Assembly: GCA_025558095.1 (NCBI GenBank)
Contig: JAIVFI010000040.1
Coordinates: 310,001 to 374,000, forward strand
Length of the DNA: 64,000 nucleotides
DNA from: Hyaloraphidium curvatum SAG 235-1
Lineage: Eukaryota; Fungi; Monoblepharomycota
Direction: 5' to 3'
Shown: positions 12,361-23,380 of the stretch, piece by piece
How the letters are laid out: each line of letters opens with the position of its first letter
Numbering within the stretch: the first letter of the stretch is position 1
Program-made: the position numbers and the translations under genes
Notes under the pieces: generated by a model
Seen by the model: only the letters and a program-made list of their open reading frames with translations
Told to the model about the DNA's origin: nothing
Database searches by the model: none

Positions 12361-12976
12361 GCCGGGCAGAGTGCTCCACAAGTGCACAGGAGGCGTGCTG
12401 ACCGGGGAAAAGGCGACGACGGTCACCTTCGTGACGCACGCGGCGGCTGGAACCACTATAGCCGCCCGCAACTCAAATGACGATATGCCGGGTCGCCTGA
12501 TCCGCGAATCGCAAAAGTAGCTCGACGCCACAGGGCAGCGTTCGGTGAGATTTGCCGCCGGCACAGGGTCACGGTTGATGCGAGGTCGCACGACGGACTT
12601 CTCCACTTCCCCGCCCGCATCAATTGGCGCAAGAGCTTGCGATCATATAAGTCGAATGTCAAACTGGGCTCAGGTAAAGATCTTTCAACGTCCTTTGGGT
12701 TGCTTCAAGCCTTGCGAGCCGGCTCGCCATGTGGCAGCCTGCTGTGGGCTGCGCCACATACCAACGCCCCCTTCTAGAAGTCGGACGCTCCGACGGAACG
12801 GAGACGACGGGACGGAAGGACGTCCTCGGCGCAGCATCCGAGCACGATATAGTCCACGCGTCCCGAGGACTGTAGCCCATCGGAATCCTTCAAAGAAGCT
12901 CGTTTTCCAACCCCCCACCCCCCCCGCACGAGCCAGCTCCAAACAAACAACCACCACGGTCTCCCCCCCATCGACC

Positions 12977-14089
12977 ATGCTCGCCCTCGCTTTCGACCAG
13001 CCCAGTGGCACGCTAGGAGTGTCCAACGTGCCGATGCCCACGCCGCGGGCGGGCGAGGTGCTCGTCCGCGTGCTGCGCGCGGGCATCTGCGCGACGGACC
13101 TCGAAATCGTCTCCGGCTATGTGAAGGGCTTCCGTGGCCCGCTCGGCCACGAGTTTCTGGGCGTCGTTCACGCGGCCGCCGAGGGCGCGCCGCCGCCCGG
13201 CACGCGCGTCGTCGGCGAGATCAACTGCGACGACGCGCACTACGCGGCAACCTGCTCGGACGCGGTGTTTGCGCGCAACCACGCCGCCGGCCGCAGCGTG
13301 CTCGGCATCATCAACCGCGACGGCTGCTTCGCCGAGTACGTCGCGCTGCCGGCAGGGAACCTGCACGCCGTGCCCGAGGCGCTGAGCGACGCCGAGGCAG
13401 CATTCTGCGAGCCGCTGGCCGCAGCATGCCGCATCGTCGAGCAGGGCCTGGTCGAGGGCGCGTCGTTCGGCCCGAAGGACAAGAAGGATGAGCAGAACGG
13501 ACAGAAGCAGCACACTGCGGGCCAGCAGGGGCCGCAGCGGATCGCCGTAGTAGGCGACGGCCGCCTCGGGCTGCTGATCGCGCAGGTGCTCGCGATCCAC
13601 GCGCCGGGGCGCGTCACCCACTTTGGCCGCCACCCCAAAAAGATGGAGCTCGTGAGCGGTACGGCCGCGAAGGTGGTCGTCGCCGGGGACGGCGAGCCAT
13701 CTTCTGCCCCCTCGCAAGAGCACGCCGGCGCGTTCGATCTCGTCGTCGAGGCCTCTGGCTCGAGCGACGGCATTCGTCTCGCGCTCGCGCTCGCCCGGGC
13801 GATGGGCACCATCGTCCTCAAGACGACCGTCTCTGCCGCGGCGCAGGCGGCCGTTTCGTGGAGCGAGCTCTGCAACGACATCGTGGTCAACGAAAAGATT
13901 CTCGTCGGCAGCCGGTGCGGGCCCATGGACGCGGCGCTGGACGTGATGCGGGACCACCCGGAGGTGCGGGCGCTCCTAAAGTCGATGCTGCAGCACGAAG
14001 TGCCTCTGTCGCGCGGTGTAGAGGCCCTGGAGCTCGCGCGTTCGAAAGGCGTACTGAAAGTGCAGCTCATCTGCAGTGGAGGGAGCTGA
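12977..14089 (+). CDS. zinc-dependent MDR alcohol dehydrogenase (threonine-dehydrogenase-like), intronless
   Basis: AGICATD, PLGHEFLG, DGCFAEY, CEPLAAA, VVGDGRLG and GSRCGP. Confidence 0.9.
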   Translation: MLALAFDQPSGTLGVSNVPMPTPRAGEVLVRVLRAGICATDLEIVSGYVKGFRGPLGHEFLGVVHAAAEGAPPPGTRVVGEINCDDAHYAATCSDAVFARNHAAGRSVLGIINRDGCFAEYVALPAGNLHAVPEALSDAEAAFCEPLAAACRIVEQGLVEGASFGPKDKKDEQNGQKQHTAGQQGPQRIAVVGDGRLGLLIAQVLAIHAPGRVTHFGRHPKKMELVSGTAAKVVVAGDGEPSSAPSQEHAGAFDLVVEASGSSDGIRLALALARAMGTIVLKTTVSAAAQAAVSWSELCNDIVVNEKILVGSRCGPMDAALDVMRDHPEVRALLKSMLQHEVPLSRGVEALELARSKGVLKVQLICSGGS

Positions 14090-14145
14090 GGGTGCTCAGA
14101 ACAGCACGAAGTGAAACTTGTATTTCGTCCACAACGACGGGCTCA

Positions 14146-15003
14146 TTACATCGAGCTCCTCGCCCACGTGTTCCCCGCGTTCCCGCTCCCCTTGGCCCCT
14201 TTGAACAAGATCGCGCTCCTCCTCTCGAAGACCGCCTCTTGCCTCCTCACCGCGTCCGGGTGCATGTCCGCCTCGGGCGGCGCATCGTGCAGCCAGTTCC
14301 CCGTCGCGTCCGTGCCCCGCACCAGCATCGCCGAGTCGGCGTCGGAGAGCACCTGCTTCACGCGCGGGGACAGGTACCTTATCGCCAGCCCCACGCGCGG
14401 CCAGGGCGCCCTGTTGGGCCCGGATCCGTGCACCGCGAGCACGTGGTGCAGCGACATCTCCCCCGGCTGCAGCACCAGGTCGACAATGTCCTCCTCTCGG
14501 GCGTCGAACGCGACCTCCTGCCCGCGGGTGAGCATGTTGTCCTTGGCGTAGGTCTCGACGTGCTCGAGCTGCTCCAGGTGCGTGCCCGGGACGATCCGCA
14601 TGCAGCCCGATTGCGGGGTCGAGGGGGTGAAGGCGACCCAGGCCGTGACCACGTCGGCGGTGGAGAGGCCCCAGTAGGTTTTGTCCTGGTGGAACGAGAC
14701 GAAGGCGGGGTCGCCGGCGCGCTTCGTGAAGAACTGGCTCGAATAGCACATAATGTCCGGGCCCAGCACGGATTCCACGGCGTCGAGCACGGCGGGGTGC
14801 CGCACGACGTCGCAGATCCACGGGAACAGCAGGTGCGGCCCGGCGTTGAGCTTGCCGACCAGCTTGCCGCCGACCGCGCGCTCCGTGGCGTCGAAGCGGG
14901 AGAGAAGCGCGGCGGCGTCGGCGTCGGAGAAGACGCGCACGGGGGAGTGGTAGCCGCGCGAGCGGTAGGCCGCGGCCTCGGCGGGCGTGAGGGAGGGGGC
15001 CAT
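14146..15003 (-). CDS. phytanoyl-CoA dioxygenase (PhyH)-family Fe(II)/2OG dioxygenase, intronless
   Basis: FHQDKTYWG (HxD), VTAWVAF, GCMRIVPGTH and HHVLAVHGSGPN...R. Confidence 0.92.
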   Translation of the reverse strand: MAPSLTPAEAAAYRSRGYHSPVRVFSDADAAALLSRFDATERAVGGKLVGKLNAGPHLLFPWICDVVRHPAVLDAVESVLGPDIMCYSSQFFTKRAGDPAFVSFHQDKTYWGLSTADVVTAWVAFTPSTPQSGCMRIVPGTHLEQLEHVETYAKDNMLTRGQEVAFDAREEDIVDLVLQPGEMSLHHVLAVHGSGPNRAPWPRVGLAIRYLSPRVKQVLSDADSAMLVRGTDATGNWLHDAPPEADMHPDAVRRQEAVFERRSAILFKGAKGSGNAGNTWARSSM

Positions 15004-15236
15004 CGCGGCGGTTGTAGGATGTACTCTGAACGGTACCACGTCGTGCAAAGCCCCTGGCAAGTGGAACAACGGCGGAGCTTAGGCCGTCGGCTGCTGGAGG
15101 CGTGGGTGGAGAGAGAAGAGGACGAAGAGGCTGTCTCCCAGCGCGCGTCAGACCCTTCGACGGAGTATCATCGATCTGGCGAAGGCCTCGAATCTCTGGC
15201 CGTGTAGAAGCTCTAAGCCCTTAAGTTCTGCATCCT

Positions 15237-15825
15237 TCACTGGTCTTCGATCTCGACGGGCCTGCCGGTAGCCCGAGCGATCGCGTTCCGCAGCACGCGC
15301 AGGCGGGTTACGGTGCGGGGCTTTGTTCCTACGAGTCGGAGGATCGAGCTCTCGTCCAGCTCCCACCATCCTTCGCCGATGGCATCGAGGTTCGCGCGGA
15401 GGAACTTCGAGAGCCGCCCTTCCAAGTCCTTGACGGTCGCGGGGCCGTGCAACCAAGTGATCTGCCGCGCAAACTCGAAAGCAAGCGACGGCGTCGAAAG
15501 CACGCCGTCGAGGAAAAGCTGGGGCTCCTCGGGGTCGACGTGTTTGGGCCATTCCCACAGCAGCACCATCTCTGCAACAACGCCAGCAAAGCATGGGAAA
15601 GAAGACAGGGAACGGAAGAAACGACGGGAATCATCGGCGGAAACAGCAGGAAAGCGAGCGAAGTCGCTGCAGAATCGTGCGAAAAGAATCATGCAATCGG
15701 CGCCCTTATCAAAGAGACCCTGGAAAATCATTGCTTTGTCCGGCCAGTCCAAGGCAGGGGAGAGCGCAAACACGTATGCAATGTCGCGGTCCGACCAGTG
15801 CCCTATCGCAGCTTCCAGGAGTGAG
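15237..15825 (-). pseudogene. C-terminal fragment of F-box-like family A
   Basis: Aligns by eye to 9320-9930 (FPAVSADDSRRFF, PCFAGVVAEMV, WPKHVDPEEP, FLRANLDAIGEGWWELD). It lacks the family N-terminus. Confidence 0.75.
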
Positions 15826-16276
15826 GCAGGAACAAGCCGTCTTCTTCGAATATATTGTTCATCCGCCGACGTTGATGCCGGGGCCGCACTTGAAGATGTT
15901 CTTCTCTTTGTCGTACGAGTTGAACTTCCGCGATTTACCGGAGAGGTCGATCTGGATGTTGTCGCCGTTGGTGGACGATGCCCCGAGGTATTGGTGGCCG
16001 CCTGACGACGAAGCACAGGAGTGAGCAACATGTCGATGCACGGCAAGGACTCTACCCACCCGTCCTAACTGCGATGGCGATGCCCTTTGCCGCGGCGTAC
16101 TTCACCGCGGCCTTGACGTCTTCCACGTCCTCCACGTAGATGATGGCAGCCGGGTCCAGCTTCCCCTCCGGTTGACTTGCGTAGCAATACTGGTAGCGGG
16201 ACGGGTCGAAAATCTTGTCGCCGCGGTGCACGACCCAGCCTTTGAACGGCGGAAGGTCCGTGAGAACGGGGGCCAT
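15821..16276 (-). pseudogene. truncated FAD-binding (BBE-like/VAO-type) oxidoreductase, N-terminus only
   Basis: PAAIIYVEDVEDVKAAVKYA...AVRTG|GHQY (RxGGH rebuilt across intron 16059-16002), then IDLS and KCGPGINVG. A 1-nt frameshift near 15863 continues as MNNIFEEDGLFLPH, where the gene breaks off. Confidence 0.8.
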
Positions 16277-16698
16277 CTTGCGCTATCGGGCGGGAGACGG
16301 GGGAGGCATTACGATCGATTCACGACAACAATACGGGAGTGGGATGAACTTCGAGCACGGTAACGTAACTGAGTGTCATAGAGCACGACAGAGCGCCTTC
16401 CAGTTTGCTCAAGTGTCGAGGCTGTCGGCAAGTCCAATCCGCGGCACCATTCGACCCGGAGCTCTTCTCCACAAACGGGGGTTGCATGATGCATAGTCGC
16501 GGCATTCAAAACCGACAAGGGGCTGGCGATGTCCCCCAGGGTGGGTCCGGGCACAGGCGAGGCGGAGGCGGACCAGCCTGTGCAATGTCGTGGACCCCGA
16601 AGGAGTCAGCTCCGGGCCCTGACCACGATCTCCGCAAGCGCGACGGACAACATTCTGCCGCAGGACACCTGCTGCCCGCCGGACTCCAGCAAGCCGCG

Positions 16699-17374
16699 AT
16701 GTCCTCCTCAACCGAGAAGCGCTCCGAGCCTCAGGATTCCGCGAAGCCGAAGGACGCGAAGGAGGCCGGCCCCCGCAAGCCCGCGTTCTGGGAGCGGTAC
16801 ACGCTCGCCGAGGTGTTTTCGGCGTGCAAACGCGTACCGCTCATCGGCACCTGGCTCTTTGGCTTCGTCGTGGGTTCCCCGCTTGCGCCGCTGCCCTGCC
16901 ACCCTGACCTCGCCTGACAAGGTCGGCGTGCTCGGCCCCTTCTCGGCCAGCATCTCCGCCTCCTTCCGCGAGGTCTCCAGCACCACGGACCGCTCCACCG
17001 TGCGGCTCACCCTCCCGGACCGCCGCTCCAACAGGAACCACCTTTCCTGCATCCACGCCAGTGCGCTCTTCTGCGCCGCCGAGACGGCCTCCGCCATGTG
17101 CGCCACCGTCGCCGGGGTCGCGCTCTCGCGGGCGGCCGAGGCAAAGGGCGACGCGAGGAAGGTCGGGGTGATCCCGAGCGGGGCGCAGATCGACTACGTC
17201 AAGAAGGCGCGGGGGCCGATCGGGGTCGAGTGCGTGGTGGAGCACGCGGAGATGGAGAAGGCGCTGGATGCCGGCAAGGAGATGTGGGTCGTGGTCAGCC
17301 TGAGAGACAAGGACGGCAAGGGGGACAAGGTCTCGGAGCTGCGGCTGAGGTGCAACCTGAAGAGGATGGGCTAG
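16699..17374 (+). CDS. hotdog-fold thioesterase (DUF4442/PaaI-like)
   Basis: NRNHLSCIHASALFCAAE and IDYVKKARG. Intron at 16870-16921. Confidence 0.85.
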
Positions 17375-17499
17375 TTCCTCATCCGGCATTTGAGTTCCTG
17401 TGGGGCACGGATCCCGACGGGACTTGGGCCAAATGGGATCGTTGGTTTGTCAAGAGCCTGATGGGAGACATCGTCACGATACAATCTTTGTTCGGATCT

Positions 17500-18924
17500 T
17501 CATCCTGTCGCCAGCCACGGGAGCACCGCCCTTTGGTCTCCTCCATTTCCCCGCGCCGGTCCGACCAGCAGCCTCCACACCGACGCCTCAGGATCGGTAT
17601 CCTCATCCAGCTCCTCGTCCACAGCCTCCCCATCGCGATACTCCTCGACCACGAACGCGACGATATCCAGCACGCATCCCTGTGGCTTGGCACGGATCGC
17701 CGCCTCGATCTCGCCAAACTCAATGTCCCCATGCACATCCACGAAGTCCCCATGGTTCCCGCGGCAGAGGCGCAGCTTCAACACCCATAGCGTCTTGAGC
17801 GTCGACGGTAGGCCGTGCACGAACGCGCACGACGAAAAGAGCCTGACGTCGGCGCTCTCCAGGCCGCCTTTCCGCACGAGCAGCTCCCAAACGTCGCGGC
17901 AGGCACCCTCGTCCAGCCAGATCTCCGAATCGGAAAAGATGCGGCGCGGCTTCAGCGCATCGCGGAGGAGCACCGTGTGCAGCTGGTTCCATTCGTCGAA
18001 CCAGAGGGTATGCATCCGCGAGGCAACCCAGTCGGAGACCTCCGGGAACCGGCCGGGATGGTCGCCGTCCCCCGCGAGGATGTGGTCGACGTGGATGTCC
18101 AGCACTACGCGGTCCTGCTTCTGCGCTTCCAGGGCAGCGAAGAAGGCCGGGAAGAACCTCCCCCGGTACTGGCATTCCCTGAGGTCTGCGAACCGCGTTC
18201 CGATCGGGCCTTCCCGCGAGGGCCTGATGTAGATGGAGAGGTCCAGATTCACCAAGGTTGACAGATCGGCCTGTACAAACTCGAGGAAAGCTTCTTCCGA
18301 CTCGATGTCGCAGCTCAGGTCCCTCAGGTTGGTGAACATAGGGAGGAGAGGCCCGAAGAGGGCAAAGGGGACCGTCACAGTGGCACCGTTCATGACGTCA
18401 CGGCTGAGCACGAGCCTGCGGACGTAAGAGAGCTTGTCCTTTGGCAGCGGCGGCGCCGCGGAGTCGAAGAACTGGCCGAAGAAAAGCAGCGCGTGCCTGA
18501 ACTCGGCGCGGTGCTGCTTCCAAAAGTCCCAGTGCTGGTCTGCCAATCTGTTGTCCCTCCTCACGGCAGCAGCGTGGAAGTCCAAGGTGCGGAACATGAG
18601 CGGAGCGACGTGAATGTAGCACGATTTCGACACCAGGGCGAGGACAAGTCGGTCCTTGGGTCCGAGGAACCGCGCGACCTCGCGGACCACTTCCGGGAGC
18701 ACGGCCGGTGAATGCGACGAAGCGATGCACGAGTTGTTTTCGCCAGGCGCGGTATCGCGCGCGGAGAGCAGCGCGGTCGGACCCCTCAGGGGGCCGCGTT
18801 TTCGCTCCCCGGGCTGCTCGTCGAGCCGGACGTCGGCCACACCGCCGCAGAGGGCGGCAAGGTCCGCCTCGGGAGCCGATGCAGCATCTCCGATGCTCGA
18901 TTCGGCGTCTCCATCGTCATCCAT
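17500..18924 (-). CDS. F-box-like/LRR-like protein (family B), copy 1
   Basis: VLPEVVREVARFLGPKDRLVLALVSKSCY followed by degenerate LRR-like repeats. Intronless. Confidence 0.75.
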   Translation of the reverse strand: MDDDGDAESSIGDAASAPEADLAALCGGVADVRLDEQPGERKRGPLRGPTALLSARDTAPGENNSCIASSHSPAVLPEVVREVARFLGPKDRLVLALVSKSCYIHVAPLMFRTLDFHAAAVRRDNRLADQHWDFWKQHRAEFRHALLFFGQFFDSAAPPLPKDKLSYVRRLVLSRDVMNGATVTVPFALFGPLLPMFTNLRDLSCDIESEEAFLEFVQADLSTLVNLDLSIYIRPSREGPIGTRFADLRECQYRGRFFPAFFAALEAQKQDRVVLDIHVDHILAGDGDHPGRFPEVSDWVASRMHTLWFDEWNQLHTVLLRDALKPRRIFSDSEIWLDEGACRDVWELLVRKGGLESADVRLFSSCAFVHGLPSTLKTLWVLKLRLCRGNHGDFVDVHGDIEFGEIEAAIRAKPQGCVLDIVAFVVEEYRDGEAVDEELDEDTDPEASVWRLLVGPARGNGGDQRAVLPWLATG

Positions 18925-19149
18925 GCTGAGGAGTGCAGGAGAGGACGGGCTGCAGGCGCCACCACGGTTCAGGACGAGTCAAGCAAAGGAGGCGCTAGGC
19001 GGCGTTCAATGATGATCGCTCACGAATGACGATGGAATGGAAGAGAGCACGTGTTTTGAATCCTGCCCATGTGGGCCGGGGATTCGTCGCTTGCCCAACA
19101 GTTCCGGGTCTACCCCCGACCTGGCCCGGAAAAGTCCCCAAGAGGCCAG

Positions 19150-20616
19150 CTACCTCCCTTCATCAAGTAGCCAAGATGAAGCGGGCAGCACAAACTCCGG
19201 GAACGCCTCTTCTCCCGCGTTTCGTGAGGGCCCGACAAGCAGCCTCCACTCCGACGCCTCGGAGTCGGTGGCCTCGTCCACCTCCACGTCCACCGGCTTC
19301 CCGTCGCGATCCTCCTTCACCACGAACTTGCCGACGTCCAGCACGCATTCCTGCGGCCTGCCCCGGATCGCAGCTCGGATGTCAGGGAACTCATCGCCGT
19401 GGGCTTCCTCGACCTCCCCGTGCGTCCCGTGGCACAGGCGCAGCTTGTCCACCCTGAGCGTCCCGAGCGTCGCCGGCAGGCCGTGCACAAGAGCGCACGA
19501 GGAGAACAGCGCCAGCCCCGCGCTCTCCAGGCTGCCCTTGCGCACGAGTAGCTCCCAGGCGTCGCGGCAAGCGCCTTCGTCCAGGGAGAAGTCAAAGTCG
19601 GAGAAAATGCGGCGCGGCTTCAGCGCATCGCGGAGGAGCACCGAGCACAGATGGTCCCACTCGTGGAACCGGAGCGTGTGTATCCGCGAGGCCACCCAAT
19701 CAGAGACCCGAGGGAGCCGCCAGGGAACGTCGTCGTCCTCCGTGAGATCGGAGTCGGACGAGTGGTCCTCTCCGAGAATGTTGTCGGCGACAACATCCAG
19801 CACGACCCGGTCCTGCTTCTGCGCCTCCAGGGCCGCGAACAAGGCCGGCACGAGCGTGTCGCGGCACTGGAACTCCCTCAGGTTCCCGAACCTGATGCCC
19901 AGCTTCGCTTTACGCGAGGGCTTGAAGTAGATGGCGAGGTGCAGCGTCTGCAGCGTCGTAAAATCGGCTTGCACGAATTCGCGATAAGCGGCTTCCGACT
20001 CGATGTAGCAGCTCAGCTCCCTCAGGTTGGTGAACAGCGGCAGCAAAGGCGCCAAGAGGGCGAAGGGGACCGTCACCGACAGCCCGATCCTCGTGTGGCG
20101 GCTCAGCACGAGCCTACGGACGTAGGAGAACTTGTTCTTCGCGAGCCGCGGGGCCGCAGAGTCGACGAACCGGACGAAGGAGACCACGGCGTGACTGAAC
20201 TCGCGGCGGTGCCGGTCCCAAAAATCCCGGTCCTGCTCGGCCAATCTGCGGTCCTTCCTCACGGCGGCAGCATGAAAATCCAAGGTGCGGAACATGAGGG
20301 GAGCCACCTTGAGGTAGCACGGCTTCAAGACCAGCGCGACGGAAAGCTGGTCCTTGGGTCCGAGGAACCGCGCCACCTCGCGCACCAACTCCGGGAGCAC
20401 GGCCAGCGCGGGGCCCGACTCCTTTTCGACCAGCGCGACTTCGGAGAGCAAAGCCGCGAGGCGATGCGCCCCGGCGCGGTTGCCGTCCGCGCGGCCTGCG
20501 TCGAGCCGGGCGCGCGCGGCGGCGGCGAAGGCGCCGCAGAGGTCCACCGGCGCGTCGTCGGAAAGCGCCGCGGGCATTGCTTCAGCGCGCTCGTTGGCAA
20601 ACGTGGCGGAGGCCAT
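19150..20616 (-). CDS. F-box-like/LRR-like protein (family B), copy 2, tandem duplicate of copy 1
   Basis: VLPELVREVARFLGPKDQLSVALVLKPCY. Long identical DNA stretches are shared with copy 1 (for example gcggcgcggcttcagcgcatcgcggaggagcaccg). Start uncertain (20616 or 20577). Confidence 0.75.
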   Translation of the reverse strand: MASATFANERAEAMPAALSDDAPVDLCGAFAAAARARLDAGRADGNRAGAHRLAALLSEVALVEKESGPALAVLPELVREVARFLGPKDQLSVALVLKPCYLKVAPLMFRTLDFHAAAVRKDRRLAEQDRDFWDRHRREFSHAVVSFVRFVDSAAPRLAKNKFSYVRRLVLSRHTRIGLSVTVPFALLAPLLPLFTNLRELSCYIESEAAYREFVQADFTTLQTLHLAIYFKPSRKAKLGIRFGNLREFQCRDTLVPALFAALEAQKQDRVVLDVVADNILGEDHSSDSDLTEDDDVPWRLPRVSDWVASRIHTLRFHEWDHLCSVLLRDALKPRRIFSDFDFSLDEGACRDAWELLVRKGSLESAGLALFSSCALVHGLPATLGTLRVDKLRLCHGTHGEVEEAHGDEFPDIRAAIRGRPQECVLDVGKFVVKEDRDGKPVDVEVDEATDSEASEWRLLVGPSRNAGEEAFPEFVLPASSWLLDEGR

Positions 20617-20873
20617 CTGTGAATTTGACCCCTGCAAACTAGTGCCCAGAGCCCCGGACTCAGTTCCCTGCTACTCCTCTGATCCTGATCTTCGGTCGAG
20701 CCATCGCCGCCGAGCAATCAAAGCAGAAAGCTGTACGGTCTCCAGCGTGTGGCCTCGATCGGGGAATGCCGGAACTCAGCCCAGGAGAACTATGACCTAA
20801 TTGACTCACCCTGTCTCGACGGAAACCGTCGCCACTCGGCGTTGGCCGAGGGCCTCTTTTACGCTCATCAGCG

Positions 20874-23280
20874 ATGGCCATTGAGCCCGCCGGACCGCAG
20901 CACTTGTATGCAGCCGGGATTCGCGAGGGCCCGCCCCGCGGACCTTCGCATTGCCGAGCCCAAGGACGCTGCGGGGGACGTGCGGCCGCCGCCTTCCTCA
21001 TCCTCTTCCTCCTTTTTGCGTTCGCCTCGCCGTCCGCGGTCACCGCGCGCCGTGTCACGGCGATTGCCGCCGGCGGCGGACATAGCCTCGCCCTGCTCGA
21101 CGACGGCACCGTGCGCGCATGGGGCCTGGACCACCGCGGCCAGACGGACGTGCCCCGCGGGCTCGTCGGCGGGCGCCAGATCGGCGCCGGCGGTGATTTT
21201 TCCGTCGCCCTCCTGTCGAATGGATCCGTTGCGGTGTTCGGGGAGGGCGTGTGGAACCAGACCCGTGTGCCACCCGGAATCCAGGGCCACATCCGGGAGG
21301 TGGCCGTCTACGCGTGGCACACGCTTGCTCTTTTAAGCAACGGCTCTATTGTCGGCTTTGGGGACAACACCTACGGCCAGTCGGATGGCCCTTCTTCGGT
21401 CTGGCCCCTGCGGCAGCTCTCGGCCGGCCGCGGAGGCTTCAACCTCGTGCTCCTGGCCAACGGCACCGTCGCCGCTTGGGGTGACGACAGTTCGGGGCAG
21501 TGCAAGGTACCCAACTTGGGCCCGAGCGTGCAGAGCGTTTCCGCAGGAGGGGACCATGCCATTGCGCTCCTCGCAAATGGATCCGTCGTTGTCTGGGGTT
21601 CAAACCAGCTAGGGCAGCGGATGCTGCCGCCAAATCTCCCAGAAGCGAGACAGATCGCTGCCGGGTACTACTGCTCCCTCGTGCTCCTCAGGAACGGCTC
21701 CATCGTCGCGGCCGGGGACAACTCCTTCGGCGTCCTGAACGTGCCGCCCTTCCCACCCGGACGACGGCCGCTCAGAATATCAGCCGGATTTGCCCATGCG
21801 CTCGCGTTGATGGACGATGGCGGCATCATCGGCTGGGGTTGGAACCACGAGGGACAAGCCACGGTACCTGAGGATCTGCGCAGCCGACCGAATGAGTCCC
21901 TCGTACCTACTTCCCTTGTACCTACTCTGTCGAGCGCCACGAGTACTTTCGCAACCACTTTTGCCATTCCGACAACAGCCCGCACAATTGGAACTGAAGC
22001 TACGATGACACTCACGTTGACATCGTCCTCGGCGACCGCCAGCCTTGAACCAACTTTAGGCGCTTTGGGAAGCTCGACAACACTTGCGGGTCCTCCGGTC
22101 GGAGCCATCATCGGCGGAATCGTTGGAGCCGTGCTGGTTCTGCTTGCCATCGGTGGGCTCTTGTGGTGGCGGTCGCGGCGTCGGACTCGTGCCCGGGGCC
22201 CCGATCCATACAGCCCCGAGGATGCCAAAGAGTGCTCAGACCCCCAGCTGGATGCAAAGAGCACGACAGAGGCCAAGCTGGCCGATTCCGGTCACAACGA
22301 GGCGCCTGATTGGACGCTGATTGCGTCTTCAGCCACCGCCGTCGCATCGAACGCGCTCGTGTCATCCTCCCGGGCAACATCTGTTCCAGCCGTCACCGAA
22401 CACTTCGTGGTCATTTCTGGGCTCAGGACCGTGCAGGCTTCCGACATTCAGGTCGACGAGTCGAGGAAGCTGGGCGAAGGGGGCTTCGGCACGGTGCACG
22501 TCGGCCTCCTCCGCGGATCCGTCCCGGTAGCCGTCAAGCGGATCAAGGGCGGGATGGACGAGAGCACGCTGCGCTCCTTCAGGAAGGAGGTCCAGGCCTG
22601 GACCGGGCTCGTGCAGCGCAACGTGCTCCCCCTCATGGCCGTCTGCCTGGATCCGCCGATGATGGTCACGGACCTCGTCGAGTGCGGCAATCTCCGGCAG
22701 TTCCTATCGCAGAGGGACTGGGACGTCCGCATCGCGCTCGCCCTCCTGCTAGACGTATCGCACGGCATGGCCTACATCCACTCGGAGGGGATCGTGCACG
22801 GGGACCTGAAGCCTCAGAACATCCTCGTCGACCGCGGAAACCGCGCCATGGTGACGGACTTTGGGCTGGCCCGCCTACAGCGGGAGACGACGACGACCGC
22901 CACGCCGGGGACCCATGCGCCCGGGACGCTGGCGTACCTGGCGCCCGAAGTCCTGGGGGGCAGCAGGCCTCGGAAGCCGGCCGACGTGTACTCTTTCGCC
23001 ATGACGGCGTACGAAGCCCTCGGCGGCGGTTGCAAGCCATTTGCTGGTATTCCTACGGAGGCCGTGAGTGAAAAGGTCGCCGGCTGGACGATTTCTGATT
23101 CGCATCCAGGTCGCCTTCCAAGTACTCGCAAACCGGCGGCCTGCTCGACTACACGAGCTTACGCAAGACGCGTGGGCTCTTTGCGAGGACTGCTGGACGC
23201 ATGCCGCCAAAGAGCGGCCCACTTTTGCCGAGCTTGTGCCGAGACTTGCCTCATTGCAAGATCGCCAGGCGGGACCGTAG
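20874..23280 (+). CDS. receptor-like TKL protein kinase with an extracellular RCC1-repeat domain
   Basis: Signal peptide FLILFLLFAFASPSAVTA, about 7 RCC1-like repeats (IAAGGGHSLALLDDGTVRAWG), Ser/Thr-rich stalk and TM IIGGIVGAVLVLLAIGGLLWW-RSRRR. Kinase motifs LGEGGFG, VAVK, HGDLKPQN, DFG, GTLAYLAPE. Intron 23064-23109, last exon ...CEDCW...RPTF. Confidence 0.9.
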
Positions 23281-23380
23281 CTTTGCGAATCAACCAGATT
23301 CTCAATTCAATCACCGAGGCAAACACAAATGTGTGCAATGGTTTCGAAGCTCGTTTCCCGCCGCCGCCCGCTGCGCCTCC

